Translations under genes and position numbers: made by a program | Origin: Raillietiella orientalis | Taxonomy: Eukaryota | Direction of reading: 5' to 3' | Length of the DNA: 64,000 bases | NCBI GenBank assembly: GCA_036172245.1 | Contig: JAYWIR010000047.1 | Coordinates: forward strand, 558,001-622,000 | The notes under the pieces: generated by a model | Seen by the model: the letters and a program-made list of their open reading frames with translations, nothing else | Databases searched by the model: none | Told to the model about the DNA's origin: nothing | Shown: positions 11,697 through 23,700 of the stretch, in pieces | Layout: each line of letters opens with the position of its first letter | How positions within the stretch are numbered: position 1 is the first letter of the stretch

Positions 11697-12829
11697 GTTA
11701 AAACCTATCGACGTATCTTTGGCTGTTCCTTTAAGAGTGTTCAGTCTCTTCTTGATTTCTTCGGTTTCCGATTCTGGAAGGAGGCAGCAAATGCTATATC
11801 CTCTAGCTGTCAGTGACCACGCTTTTTTTTCTTTTTCCTTTGTTTGATCTTCATGAAGTATAACTCTCCAGGAGGAAGAAGCCGAAGCAAGCTGCTGCTG
11901 GCCGAGACCGGAACTTCCGCTTTCCAAAACCAGCATCGAGATATTCATCCAGAATCTCAGCTGCCGATCGCCATTTTCAGGAAGTCCTCCCGTTCTGTCG
12001 GCGTCGCTCGAATCCCTCACGCCAACGTTTGCATGGGAAGCCCGGGCAAGGCTTCGGTCCCCCCCTTTGCTCCAATCCTGCTGGGTCCGTTCCCTTGGGA
12101 ATGCCGCTTATGCGACCGATCCACACACCCACCTACTCGGCAAGTGGTCGAGGATTCGTCGGCGGGTCTGTGGACCTCATTTGCCGTTCACACACAACAT
12201 CCCGTGCACCTCGGTTTCCGCAGGATGCGCTCGCGCTCCAGCATACAACATGAGTCACCTTCGTTCCCAGCATAGCACCGGTGATTCCCACCCACTCATT
12301 TCAATGGGATCGGGATGCGAGTCCTTGTGCCGCGAACCCGTTCACCACTCGAAAGTTAGGACGCCGCGAAAGCCAGGGATCAGGACACAAATGATTTTTC
12401 CGCTTTCCTCCGAGGGGCTGGTTTCACACACTCATCCCTTTTCCGAAAGGAAGAAGCCTCCCGTTCCGAGGTGGAGAGAGTGGAATCAATCGAAGAATGG
12501 AAGCAGCTCCTCGTGCGAGGGTCGCAAAATGTGTGCGTCTTTTGGTCACTCCAGCTGTACGTTGCAGGCGCGCGGCTTTCTCGTGTCCAGCCATTTCATC
12601 CTCTGCGCTTTCCTCGGGACCTCTCAGCCATCCCTTGTCTTGCTTGCACCAGAGGGTCTGCTGCTGATTTTTTTTACTTCCGTTCTTTACTCCTAGGGTA
12701 CGGGAGGATCCTAGGGCATGTTGGCGCCGCCTCGGCGTGACAGAGGTGGAGCCGCGTTCCCCTTACCGTACGGTAAATGCACCTGCCTGCGCGCGAAGCT
12801 GCTAGGAAACCGATACCCCTCCGTAAAAG

Positions 12830-13080
12830 AACCGCAACACCGCCGTGGTTACCATGTGGCAGTGGCACGTCCGCGCGCGCAGGGAGAAAGCGGCGCGGGT
12901 TCGAGATATCCATCAAGGGCCGAGGTCTCTCTGGATGCGTCGTCGGACCCGCTGCTCGCAAGATGGCTCTGAGATGGATCAGACTTCGGGGTGCATTGGT
13001 GTAGGACTGCGCGCTTGCGCCGGTGGCCCCGGATGCTCCCTTGGCTAGCCGGGAATGGGAAGTGGCCCTTTCAGCGTTTT
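12830..13080 (+). mobile_element. Truncated copy of tRNA-headed repeat family Y
   Basis: GCGGGTTCGA (~12895), GGATGCGTCGT..GCAAGATG, and the body start GGATGCTCCCCTTGGCTAGCCGGGAATGGGAAGTGG, all shared with other Y copies. Confidence 0.6.
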
Positions 13081-13369
13081 CTCTTCCTCCCCTCTTCACA
13101 CACTCCTTGGATGCGTGTCATTGGAAGAGCCTTGTGAATCCTCATGTGGGCGGAGCTTTCGAGCCGTCACGATACCTTCATGGGCGTAGAGTGCTTAGCA
13201 AACCGGAAAAAAAAAAAAATGAAAAGAAAGAAAGAAGGAAGGAGGGAGGTCGGGAGGACGGAGGAAACGGCGAAAGCGAATCAAGATTCCATCATCGCTG
13301 TTTTCTTTTTTCCTCTTCTTTTAACCGAACGCTCGTCAAGAAGGGTTACTGATACAGTCGTGCATGCGA

Positions 13370-14690
13370 CCACTCAGATGGATCATCGCTGATTTGGCCG
13401 GTGCTGTTCCTGAAGAGTCACATCACACGGGCAGCGACTCACGTAAAGCAGGGCTCGCTCCAAGGTCTCTAGCACAGGCTGCCGCGAGAGTAAGTCGACA
13501 GCGGTTCAGCCTGGCGGCAGCCCACCAATCGAAAAGTGGAAACTTGCCAGCACGCCGATGCGTGTCTGAGTTCCCACCAAACGTCTGCACGAACTTTCCG
13601 CCGGACCTTGAGACTCCAAGGACGGCTCTCGGCGAACCCGGGGGATAGTTCGCGCGGCAGGAGAGAACATCCCCGTTTCTCTTCGGGGGAACCGGGGTGA
13701 AGACAAGCGGCGGCGTCGGAAGAGTGCGTCGAAGTCTTATGCGTGTTCCGCAGGAGTAGCAGCGTGGCGTGCGGAGGCACTAGTGCACGCAGCCGGGCGC
13801 GTGTTTCCCCGAAGATCGGGCAATGCGATGTGGAGTCGCGCGGGCTCCGAGAAGTCCTAGATGCCTTCGTTCCCTCATTGAAGGGGCACTCCTGAGAACA
13901 CTCCGAGGGTTGGATGCAGCCCTCTCATCGATGGGCGCGCTCATACCCATTCTTCTGTGGTTCCTTTCCTTCGCGAATGCTTCGTCTCTCGAACGCGGAA
14001 ACAGAGACTTCCATGGTCCAGGATACGTGAGGCTAACCTGCGTCCTGGGGGCACGGAACTCCCTCAGAAGGAGGATCCGTTACCTGATAGAGGCTTTCTT
14101 CGCAGCTTTCGCCAACCAATACGATCTACGTACAAGACAACGAGGGAACCAAAAAAATCAGCGTCATGGAAAGAGTGCGATTTCTCGGGGTCATGATGGC
14201 GGTGGTCTCGCAAAAATTGCGAGATGAATGACATGATTTCTGCTCTGGCACGAACATGTGTGTGTGTGTGTTTGCAAAAACAAAAAAACAAGCAGATGCA
14301 ACTCTGGATGTCGTCCGTCAGGTCTGGCTTCCGTGCAACGACGACAACTCCCGGTCGTTCAGGGCGAAGAAAGCCCGTGAGGCCTCGTCGTCAGGGATCG
14401 CGGTCGGATGGCAGCTATTGGATTTCTTGTATACAAACACGAAACATAAGAATGAATGGCTCCCTGGAACTGGACGAATGTCCATCCTGGCTCGGGCCTT
14501 GAGGCGGGAGACGTATGCGCATATGAGGCACCGCAGCTCGGTCTCGAGGTCATACGAAGGAACTCGCGCGCGCACCGCAAGGGGGGTAGGATCACAGACA
14601 CCTCACGGGACGCTACGAAACGTCTTCTTTGCATTGCGCTTGTCCGCTGGAGTCGACCTGAAAGGACCTGAGACTTATCAACTTTAGGTT
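13370..14690 (+). mobile_element. Decayed BEL/Pao LTR-retrotransposon pol (RNase H, integrase, C-terminal region)
   Basis: Degenerate motifs in the expected order: KAGLAP..RFSLAAA (K.RVAP..PRLEL.AA), TNFPPDL (NPADL), DFHGP..TC..EAFFAAF (integrase), W..GLEAGDV..GRI. Frames are broken. Confidence 0.55.
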
Positions 14691-15149
14691 CTAGTTCTGG
14701 GACAGCAGAGTGAGTTTCGTCGTCCTCCCCCATCCTTTCAGCTTCCGTGTCTTTGCTCTTGGCGATGTTCCCCGGCGAAGCTGGGAGAAAAGGGAGGTGG
14801 AGGAGAGGAGGAAAATGGTTTTTGCCTATCGGAAGGCACAGTCTGACGGAAAGTCAAGAAAGCACGAAGAGTACAGGCATGGGCCAAGGAAACAGCTGCA
14901 GGGTGCAACCGACGGAAGGACCTTGCCGACGCAGCTTCCGCACCGTTCATCTGACAGCACCACTCGCTGATCCAGAAAAAAAAACAGTCTGCCCTTTCTC
15001 CTCCCCCGGAGAATGGGAGCTTCCTAGGGCGAACCCCGCCTCCCGAAATGGACGACCCGCTACGGATTCGTCGGAATTTCTTCCCGCGAGCGGATCTTCG
15101 CCCATCCTCCCGACCAGAAGTGCTGACTGAGTTGACCGCTCGGCGAAAC

Positions 15150-15950
15150 CTTGGAAAACCGGCTTGAACATCAGCCAAAGGTGCTTGACCGGATGGGTTT
15201 TCCAGCAGCAGGAAGCCCGGAGCGTGAAACGCCTGTCAAAAGCTCGTGCCCGCAAGCCTTCGTTCCCAAACATCCCAAGGAAACCTTCTCTCGTTCACGC
15301 GCTGATGCTCTGCTCGACCTTCGCCCCTGAAAGTCGCTCGGCTTGCTCAGAGATGCTGGGAGACCCCCGCCGCCAAGCGCGCTCGACGACGTTCCAAAGA
15401 GCCAGGAGACATTGGAAAGGGTCCCTGATCTCGTAGAGACGCGTCCAGGATGAGCGTTCGCCCACCTGTGCGATTTCGCTGCACATCGACCACTGAATGA
15501 ACTTGGCCTTTCGGCATCTTTTCGCAACGGCTTTACTCACGCTTTGGGACAGTGAGGTTGCCGCCATTCTCTGTGGGTGGCGCTGAACACCGCGGCGAAC
15601 GCAGACCACCTGCCCCTGCTAGAGCGAGCTCTTTAGAAGGGCTACTGGGGAGACGATCCACAAGTGGGAGAGTCGCTGCTTGTGGGTTGCTACGATCCAT
15701 CACCGGGAAGACGATTTGCCACCTGCAGGCGTTGTTTTCCACTGTGCATCATCCTCCCGTTCTTCCTGCTTTCTTAAATGAAGAAAATTCTGCTGATTCT
15801 TGGAGTGCAAGGAGTCTTGTGCAAACTCTGGCCTAAGGCAAGGGTGGGTAATGGAACAGGCAGTTGAAGCACTGAGTCTTTTAAAGAACTGCGCACGGAA
15901 CGGGTCGACACTTCTGCCGTCGAGAAGAGCGTCCACGCGCACTCCAGATC
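15150..15950 (-). mobile_element. Decayed hAT-like transposase fragment
   Basis: ALLDGRS (DGWS-like), IVFPVMDRSNPQAA (V.D.A.NM.AA-like) and later W..LY motifs in order, with frameshifts. Confidence 0.4.
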
Positions 15951-16449
15951 AATCACCGCTCCTCAGACAGGAAGTCCGGGGCTGGAGTGGAGCTGTCCGG
16001 TGAGGATGCTCTTCAGAGTGACCCCCGCATTTTTCTACGCAGCTGCGCACATCGGCGGGTGGATGGAAACTACTGTTCACACAACAAGAATCTGTCTTTT
16101 CGCCCTTGAACGAAAAGCTTTAGGTTCGGAGCTGCATTCTGGTCTTTTCTTGGTCACCTTGTGCTCCCCAGAGCTCCCCGCGCCTTATCCCAGACGATCG
16201 TTACCTTCAATCCCTTGCTACATCTCCTCTCGCTGCAAATATCCAGGTGTTGTTTTTTCTTCGATGCATGTGTGAGTCTTATTTTTATTTTTTACTTTTT
16301 TTTGGCGGCATTCAATGAACCGTTCTTCGACACCTTTTTTAGTTTAGGGCTTTCATAGAAGCGCCGCTAACTTTGCTCCAATTTCGATGACGAGGCAGAC
16401 CTCACCGCATCCATCAAATTCTATTCATGACGAACGGAATATAATCTCA

Positions 16450-17062
16450 CTAGAGAAAACACGAAAGAGATGTGGTCTGCGCATTCGAAGGTGGGGGGCA
16501 TCTAACGTAGGTCGCTGCAGTGAGAGCTCTCCAGAGCAGCTTCCGACGCAGAGCATCTTGTGGCAGAAGCACATTCCGATGTGCGAGTATTCCGAGTCTA
16601 CGACATCGTGGCTGACCAAAAAATGGGCCTTTGGTCATCTTTCTGTTTCAATCTGGGATCCAGTCTCTAATATTCGAGTGACCTGGAGTGAGGCGGTCTC
16701 TGCTGGTACTTCTGCCTCCCCTTATTTACTTGGAACTGGACCCTTGTCGGCCTCCCAGTTTTGCCTCTTGGCATTCTACTTTCTATTGTAACCATTCTTG
16801 ATGATGCGATTTCCAGTGTTCCGTTCCGGACTCTTCCCCATTTTTTCTTTGTTAGAAGGAACGCGACTAACCAAAGACCCGTGTCCCACCCGTTCCCCAT
16901 TTCCTTCTGTTATTCATTTATTGCTAGCTTCCTTCCGTTCCTAATTTACAGATGTTCCGACCTGCGTGCCGGTAGCCCTCTCCTTGAACTTCCATCTTTG
17001 GTCGGGAAACAACCGGTTCCTGTTTTTATTAAATAAACGCCCCTGCGCGACCGGGAGAGAAA
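16450..17062 (+). mobile_element. Diverged 3' fragment of an L1/Tx1-like non-LTR element
   Basis: Ends in AATAAACGCCCCTGCGCGACCGGGAG (17032-17057), the terminal motif of the Tx1-like copies, after a pyrimidine-rich UTR. The 5' limit is uncertain. Confidence 0.55.
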
Positions 17063-17099
17063 TTTCCAGCTTTTCAGGCTTTCAAGAAGCTCGGGTGAT

Positions 17100-18080
17100 C
17101 GCCCTTGGGGTTCCGAGGGATGTTTTAGCAGGACCACAATCTGCCTTTGAAATCTGGAGGTGACCTCCTCATCCTTCAGCCGCCCACTGAAAAACAGCTA
17201 CGTTTGCATCGCCGCACAGCTCGCTGTCCCTTAGTGGAGTGCACGTCACTCCAAGTGTCCGAGCTGCAAAAATGGAAAATTCTTTCAGCCACCTCTTCAC
17301 GGAAAATTCCAAGGCAAGATGGCAAGCTCTGTTGCAGCTACGGAGCAAAGGTCGAGACATGCCTTTGAGTGATCAGCACGTTTGCCCTGCTGGGCAGAAT
17401 CAAGGACTCCGGAAGTTGTCTTGTTCTTCAGGAGCGTTCGATCTGCTTTGCTGAACGCTTGCAGCCCTTGGTAGTGTATTAGTCTAAATTGCACGAGGAG
17501 CTCTCATAAAGATGGTCATCAGCTACTAGCTGTAACTTTTGCAGAGATTTCTAAAAATGCAACAACTCTGACGAGGATGCAAGATATACTCCTCTCGGAA
17601 AAGAGTGTGCATCTTTCATCTCCAGATATCACTTGCAGGCAATGTACGAAGCAGTGAGCTCGTGTCGATCACTACTTTTCCCATTTTAGCATGCGTATAC
17701 TTGAGCTCATCGTGAGTTACTATGCAAACGAACAGCATTCATTTCACAGCAACCCCCTATGAGCTATGCGAAGAAATTCCTACGTGAGTTTCCTCCCAAA
17801 AGATCCCTGATAAATCCACATGCATCTCCAAGAATGTCCTGAAGCTCACAGGGGAGATTTTTTTTCGCCTCGGCCCTGCTTTCATGTTGTCCCTGCTGCA
17901 TGCCATCACCCACTGCATTGCTTGGCAAACGTTAGCCAGAAAACCACGCTCGTGGTAGACTGAGGATCGGCTTTCCAGAGTTCCTGCTAATCCATTGGAC
18001 GTAGAATAGCTACCAGGCCATGTCACCACTCTGGTTGCTTGACAGATCTCTGGAACCGCCTCCATTTGCTTCCCTGTTTA
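17100..18080 (-). mobile_element. Possible decayed hAT transposase
   Basis: Weak motifs (AEAKKNLPCELQDIL..GFIR..NSRR; LPASDIW; CLDLCSVAATEL) with many stops. Confidence 0.28.
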
Positions 18081-18849
18081 CGTGCTCCGTTCTTCCGTGC
18101 TGGCTGCATCACTTGGCTCTTCACGTGCTGTGATAGGTCGCTGCATCTTCTGCTTCCGTCGAGTTTGGAACACCCCTCGAGTGTTTGGAAGCCCTGTTTC
18201 TCGCATCACCTCTAAGTGCACCCAGAATGCTGGCATTCCATTTGAATATTCAAGATGCAATACAAATCGTAACAAGTGACACATTTGAATGTGAAAAACT
18301 GAATACGGTCACCCACTTCGTTCGATGTCAGTTTCGATGAAAGACTTTTATTGAATTCTCATCCATCCTCACTATATTATGGAACAATGTATGTTTTTCT
18401 CAATATTCTGTGATGTATGGTGTTCGTGAATCGAAGCAATGTAAAACTCTCAGAAGTGTACTTATAAATGCTGAATAAAATGCCAGCTGCATCTAAACAA
18501 ATTTAGCACAATCATACCTAATTAATTGGATGAGTGAACCGAGTTTTTTACCCCACATTCCAGACCCTGGTACAGACGCAGGCACTGTTTGCGGGCTACT
18601 CGAGATGCAACGCATTGGCATGCATGACCAGGTACTGAGCCTAACGGTAGACTACAGCCGGTGCTTCCGGCCACAAGAGGCTCTCAAGTATCTGAGGGGC
18701 TTCAAAATTGAATATTTGGCATCAGATCTGACTTTATCTCTGCTCACTGTACGGAATCGCTGCTGCCTTGCTTGCCTTCATATCTTTCCAATGTCGAGAA
18801 TCAAAACGGAAATGACCAAATCTTCAAATCACGAAACGGGAAGGTCTGC

Positions 18850-19900
18850 AATGCCGTCACCTGCAGACCACACAAGCGCTCCCAAGAAGCATCGCAAGCA
18901 TGACGTCACAAAGTTTCGTGACGAGGAAGCAGCCTCTCTCCATATGTTCGAATCCCCTGCACACTCCATCCGTGCCTGTTATCATCCGTTCGGGTCCCGT
19001 CTCTTCCCAAGCTGGTGGACTCATTGATGATCATTTCCGTCGTAGCAGACCTGAGGGTAGGACGCCATAGAATGGCTCATGGCCCTCATCTTCAAGCCTA
19101 AGAGTCAATCGAACCGACCCCCGTATGCGGCTTGGGAAACGATCCGCCGGTCAGTCGCACTTCTCCAGCAGCTTCCCGTTTTCGAATTTGATTCCACGAT
19201 AGCACGGCGTTACCATGGCGTTCCCCAAACTGGAAGTGCACCCTCCGGACGGAGCGTTTCTCGGTTTGGTCACGTGCTTCGGAAGCCAATAGTCGCGTTT
19301 CCGTTTGCTCCGGCGAAAATCCGATGTGTCCCGAGAAGGAGGTGGTGGCATCCCTGGATCGGCTCTGCCTGTCTAACCTTGCGTATCCTCAGATGCGAGA
19401 GCGAATCGCTGCCGTGCGTTTGCTCAGCTAAGCCTGGGCTCAGCAGAGATCTACTGCGATCCCGACTCATCTTTCGGCTCTGGTTTATCTGTTAAGCGAA
19501 CCAGTTGGTCATGTCGGTGGACCCCCCGTTCTCCTGGAAGCCATCCCAGGTTCCTCCTTTCCCCTATCACATTACAGCTGCCGGCAGTGTGGCTGCTGAA
19601 CCTGATGTATTCTTCGCGTCCTGCAATGGCGTTCTCGCTGACCACGGAGGACTCCGAGAGTCCCACAGAATGCCCAGCGCTCGGGACTATTTGCAGCCAC
19701 TGACGCCGTCGCCAGAGACCCCATGTCTTCGCGAGAGGTGCTTGCCTGCTCTCGCATCCCTGCTTCCCGCATTCTGCCACCCGACTGGGAAGCGCGGCGC
19801 CCCCCAGTGTTTTGACGAGCACCTTCGCGTCTCCTCCTCGCGTTTCAGCCTTCGATGCTGCTCCTCAACGAGAGCACTTCCGTCAATTCAGTATGCGCAA
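18850..19900 (-). mobile_element. Possible decayed Ty3/Gypsy integrase region
   Basis: IVPS..LSE, W.PGERGVH.D and H....HRIFAGANG resemble V.P..L.E.H, PW.RVH.D and YHP..NG integrase motifs, in order. Confidence 0.38.
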
Positions 19901-20148
19901 GGATCGCTCCTTCGTGCTTCGGACCCATCAAGTCCAGATGTTCCTCTTCAGGCTAAAGTGAAGGAATAAGATTGAGGGATTGCGATCTCAGGGGAAGGGA
20001 AGGAGTCGCCAATGGTTTTGGGTTAGCAGATCGTAGCCTTCGAGGACCCTGCAGGTCGGCTTTGACACACTGATCCACGTTTTAATGACGTACACCAAGC
20101 GCTTGGTGGAGGGTACAGTCGAAGACGACAGAATTTCCCGCGTGGATA

Positions 20149-20765
20149 GGCCGCGTTGGCGGCCGTGCGGCTGAGTCCTCTCTGCCGACGTGGTGTCAAG
20201 CATTCGCAGGTTCGAATCCCCACGTGGAACATCGGCATCCAGAAATGGGTTGTGTGGGTTCAGAGTCCGCAGAGTGGCGCCAGCTGGTCCACGGTTTTCG
20301 GGTGCGGCACCGGTGGAAGGTGGATGCTCCCGTTGACTGGCCAGGATTGGAAAGTGGACCTTCCAGGGTCCTTCCAGGAATCAAGGAATCCTTCAGGGTT
20401 CGCTTCCGGTAGTGAAAATGGAGCCATCGGGTATCATGGAGCTAGCTGATATCCTCCTCGGGATTGCCTCTCCAGAGGGTAAGGAGAGTGCCTTTCCCTT
20501 CAGAGAAATTGGGGAGCGTCCTTTCGGGGTTTTCTTGAAGCGAAGGGGGATCCTTTCCGGGAGGCCTCCCTGGAGAGAATAAGGAGGAAGTGGTTCCCAT
20601 CGGGGTTCCCCTTTCAAGAGTGAAAGGAACGGACTCCTTCCTTCGGATCCCTTCCCGGATTCATACGATGGTACTGAAGACTCAGTTACTCGCACCCTCA
20701 GGTGTCGTGGACAGTATCAAAGAGCTTCGTGAGCCCCCTTAAGGAGCTCAAAGAGTGCCGAAGCA
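20149..20765 (+). mobile_element. tRNA-headed repeat family Y, uninterrupted copy
   Basis: GGCCGCGTTGGCGGCCGTGCGG (A-box-like), GGTTCGAATCC B box 20209-20219, empty site CGGGTGCGGCACCGG^TGGAAG (~20300), body GGATGCTCCCGTTGACTGGCC... to CGCACCCTCAGGTGTCGTGGAC..AAGAGCTT. Confidence 0.75.
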
Positions 20766-20779
20766 TCATCCCTCTAAGG

Positions 20780-23700
20780 AGGCGAGCGGTTCTTCAATGC
20801 TCCTTGAGGACCTCCCTCCCCTCCAAAAAAAAAAAAAAAAAAAGACTCTCCAGGACCTCCACCTTTGGGTCATCCTATACATCGAGTCGTCTGGGGAAGA
20901 GGGGAGAGGAGTTGAGCTCATCGCATTCGCTGGATCAGTAGACGCGACCAGGATTCGCCTCGTGGGCAAATCGCGTCGCGCCATCTCTCCTCTCGAGCGC
21001 TCCGCTTTGCGCTTCCACGAAGACGGCGAACTCTGCCTGGCCTGGACGAAGTCAGGGAGGAAACTCTGGCGGAGGTCCGCAGCGATCCCAATGTGCAAAT
21101 TGGTCGTGGGAGCTGGGTACAGGGGACGAAAGACAAAATGAACCTTCTGGTAGCTGCTGATTCCCTCTGAAGTTTCCCTCAGGATGGCTGGCGCTCGCTG
21201 GAACGGAAAAAGAATAGAGTCTCATCCGGTAAAGCGAATGATTAGGAGACCTTTGGGCCAAAAATGACCTCAAACCTATACTCAAACTTGAGATGGGTGA
21301 CAAGTCCGACTTGCTTGAAAGCTGAAGCTCGGACTGTCGGATCCATGAGCGCCCAGTGGGCCCACATTGGTGAGCGGAAGTGGAGTTGTGCCAAACGTGG
21401 AGTCACGGCGCCCGATGCGACGCTCATCAGATCCCACGAGAAGCATTGGTTGCTATGGACAGCAGGACGGTGGCCATGGAAGTCTGTATTAGGCAATGAC
21501 TCACCTCGCCTTGCACCTACTGGCCCTGAAGATGGATGGCGCTCAGGCGTCGAGTCTATGTCCAACCGCCAAGACAGAGTCGTTCCTGCCTTCCGGAGGC
21601 GTTCCGGAGGACGGCAGGTTCCTCAGTTTCCGGCGAGTAGGAAGGTCGCAACGGAGAGCGCAGAAGAAGGACGCCGGCGCGAGCTCGCATGGAGCCCCTC
21701 AGGTCTTGGAGGTAGTGGCAAATACTCCAGTGAGATCCCGGAGGTCTGATGTGGAGGAGGGTTTCCATGCGAACAGCCAGTCTCGAGGACTCCTCTTTGT
21801 GTGCCAAGGGCACTTCACCTCCTTCAGCGCGGCGTCGTTCCTCGAACCCTGGCCTCCCAGAGATCCTGCTGTGAGTGCTCTCGCGGGAGCAGCAGTTCGT
21901 CTGGATGAGGAATGGAGACTGCCAGCTCCCTGCATTTCACTTTCTCCGCCTCTCGTTTTCCAGACGTGCCTCATGATTTCTAAAAGCTCAGGAGACATCG
22001 GGAAGAACGACTGGCTCCTCACCCAGGAGCATCAAGAAGGGTTGGAGTTATGAGTCCACAGCAGACATCTCCAGCGTTTTTTTTTTTCGCTCCTAGCGGT
22101 GGAAAATCCAGTGAAGGGGGCGTTCCTCATGCATCCTTCCCCATCCCTCCAGCCCTTAGAAGTGCCTGCCTCCAGGGATTGGCCTCCGTGGGGGGCGGCT
22201 ACCCAGCTGGTGGTACCTCCGGTAAATGTCGCGGGAGAGCTGGGCGTCGTTGAAGAGCGCCATCTCTCCCTCGCTGTAAAAGATTGCAGCACTTCATCCC
22301 TCCTTGATTCCCAGACTCCTGCACGCTCCTCGATGGACTCCTCAGGACGTGTAGTGTACAACGGCTGCGCTCGCTCGTTTTCCGTCTCCCTGCTCTCCCC
22401 AACTTCGTCAGGAGGAACGCGACATGGAAGATCGACGACCCGTCCCACGCCTCCTGGCATTAGTTATGGTTGAGGCAGGGGCTCGATCCCCTGCCCCGCC
22501 CCTGGTACAGGCTTATTACGAGCCACTGGCTCTCGTGGCTCCCGAGTAGCTCCTTGATCTGCGCCACTGCTACCCTTGATGCCCGACCGAGATTGGGACC
22601 GAGTGCAAACGATTCTTCCTCAGTGCATTTGACCGGAAACGTTCCCGGAGGGCGCAGCCCAATTCACAGGAAAGCTGAGCCTTCCTGAGTCTACAGGTCT
22701 TAACCTGTCTTCTTCCTCCATTACGCTCACCCATTGGCCTCTACCCCAGTCGTCTTCGGCTTCGGGTCGAAACACGCAAGGAGAACTGCGCACTTGGCGC
22801 TACTTCGAGGCGACTGCGGTCAGGGCGGCAATCCCTCTGCAGCGAGAGACCTACCACTGCAGTGCTTTCGGGCTGGCCTACGAGAAAAGCTGCAAATATG
22901 GGGCGCGTGGTAGCGGAACGTTTGGGCTGGACAGCTGCGTTTCCTTGGGCGACCGCTTGTTCTGGGTCCGTGGGCGGTTCCAGTGATCCGATCCCCCCTT
23001 TTCCCGGTGGGATGAACGCTGAACGGTGCAGTACGAGATTTCCTCAACGCAAAGATTGTCGGTCTTCGAGGACGATCCTGGCATGTTTCTTGGACGGGAG
23101 TCGAGGCAAATGCTCTTCATGCTCCATGCTTCCAAGAGCCCAGTCCAAGTCCACGTCAAGCGAGGCGGCGATGACTGGGATGTGGAGGCATGCTGTTGCG
23201 CGTAGCAGCGGCAGTCTCAGAAGCTGCGGGGAGTTCCGCGTCATTTGTCCCCCAGTCTTGACGAACGCACAAGCCAGCCACATCAGAACCACCACACTCA
23301 ACGAGCTAGTTCTGAAAATGCACAGGAAGACGTGGCCAGTCACGAAAGGAAGGCTACCGGGCACTCTTCTAGCGCTCCTCCGACAAAGCGTGGGTCACGT
23401 CTAAATGGGGACAGTCGTGACGTTTGCAGGAGCATTTCCTCTTTCCACGCTGAAGGGGAGGAACTGCCGGAAAGGTCCGCCGAAGGAGAAACTGATGTTT
23501 TGCCGGCAAAGCGCTCACGGGGGTGGGTGAGTCAGCGGGGACGACTGCACACCGGAGGCATGGGATGGCCGTTAGAAGAACAGGAGCGAAGAATGAAGGA
23601 GGCAAGGACAGTGACCACTAGGAGAGAAAGAAAGGATAGGAGCATGCGAAGGTGAACGAATGTAGGACGAAACACGTGATAAAAGGCAGAGACCGTCAGT

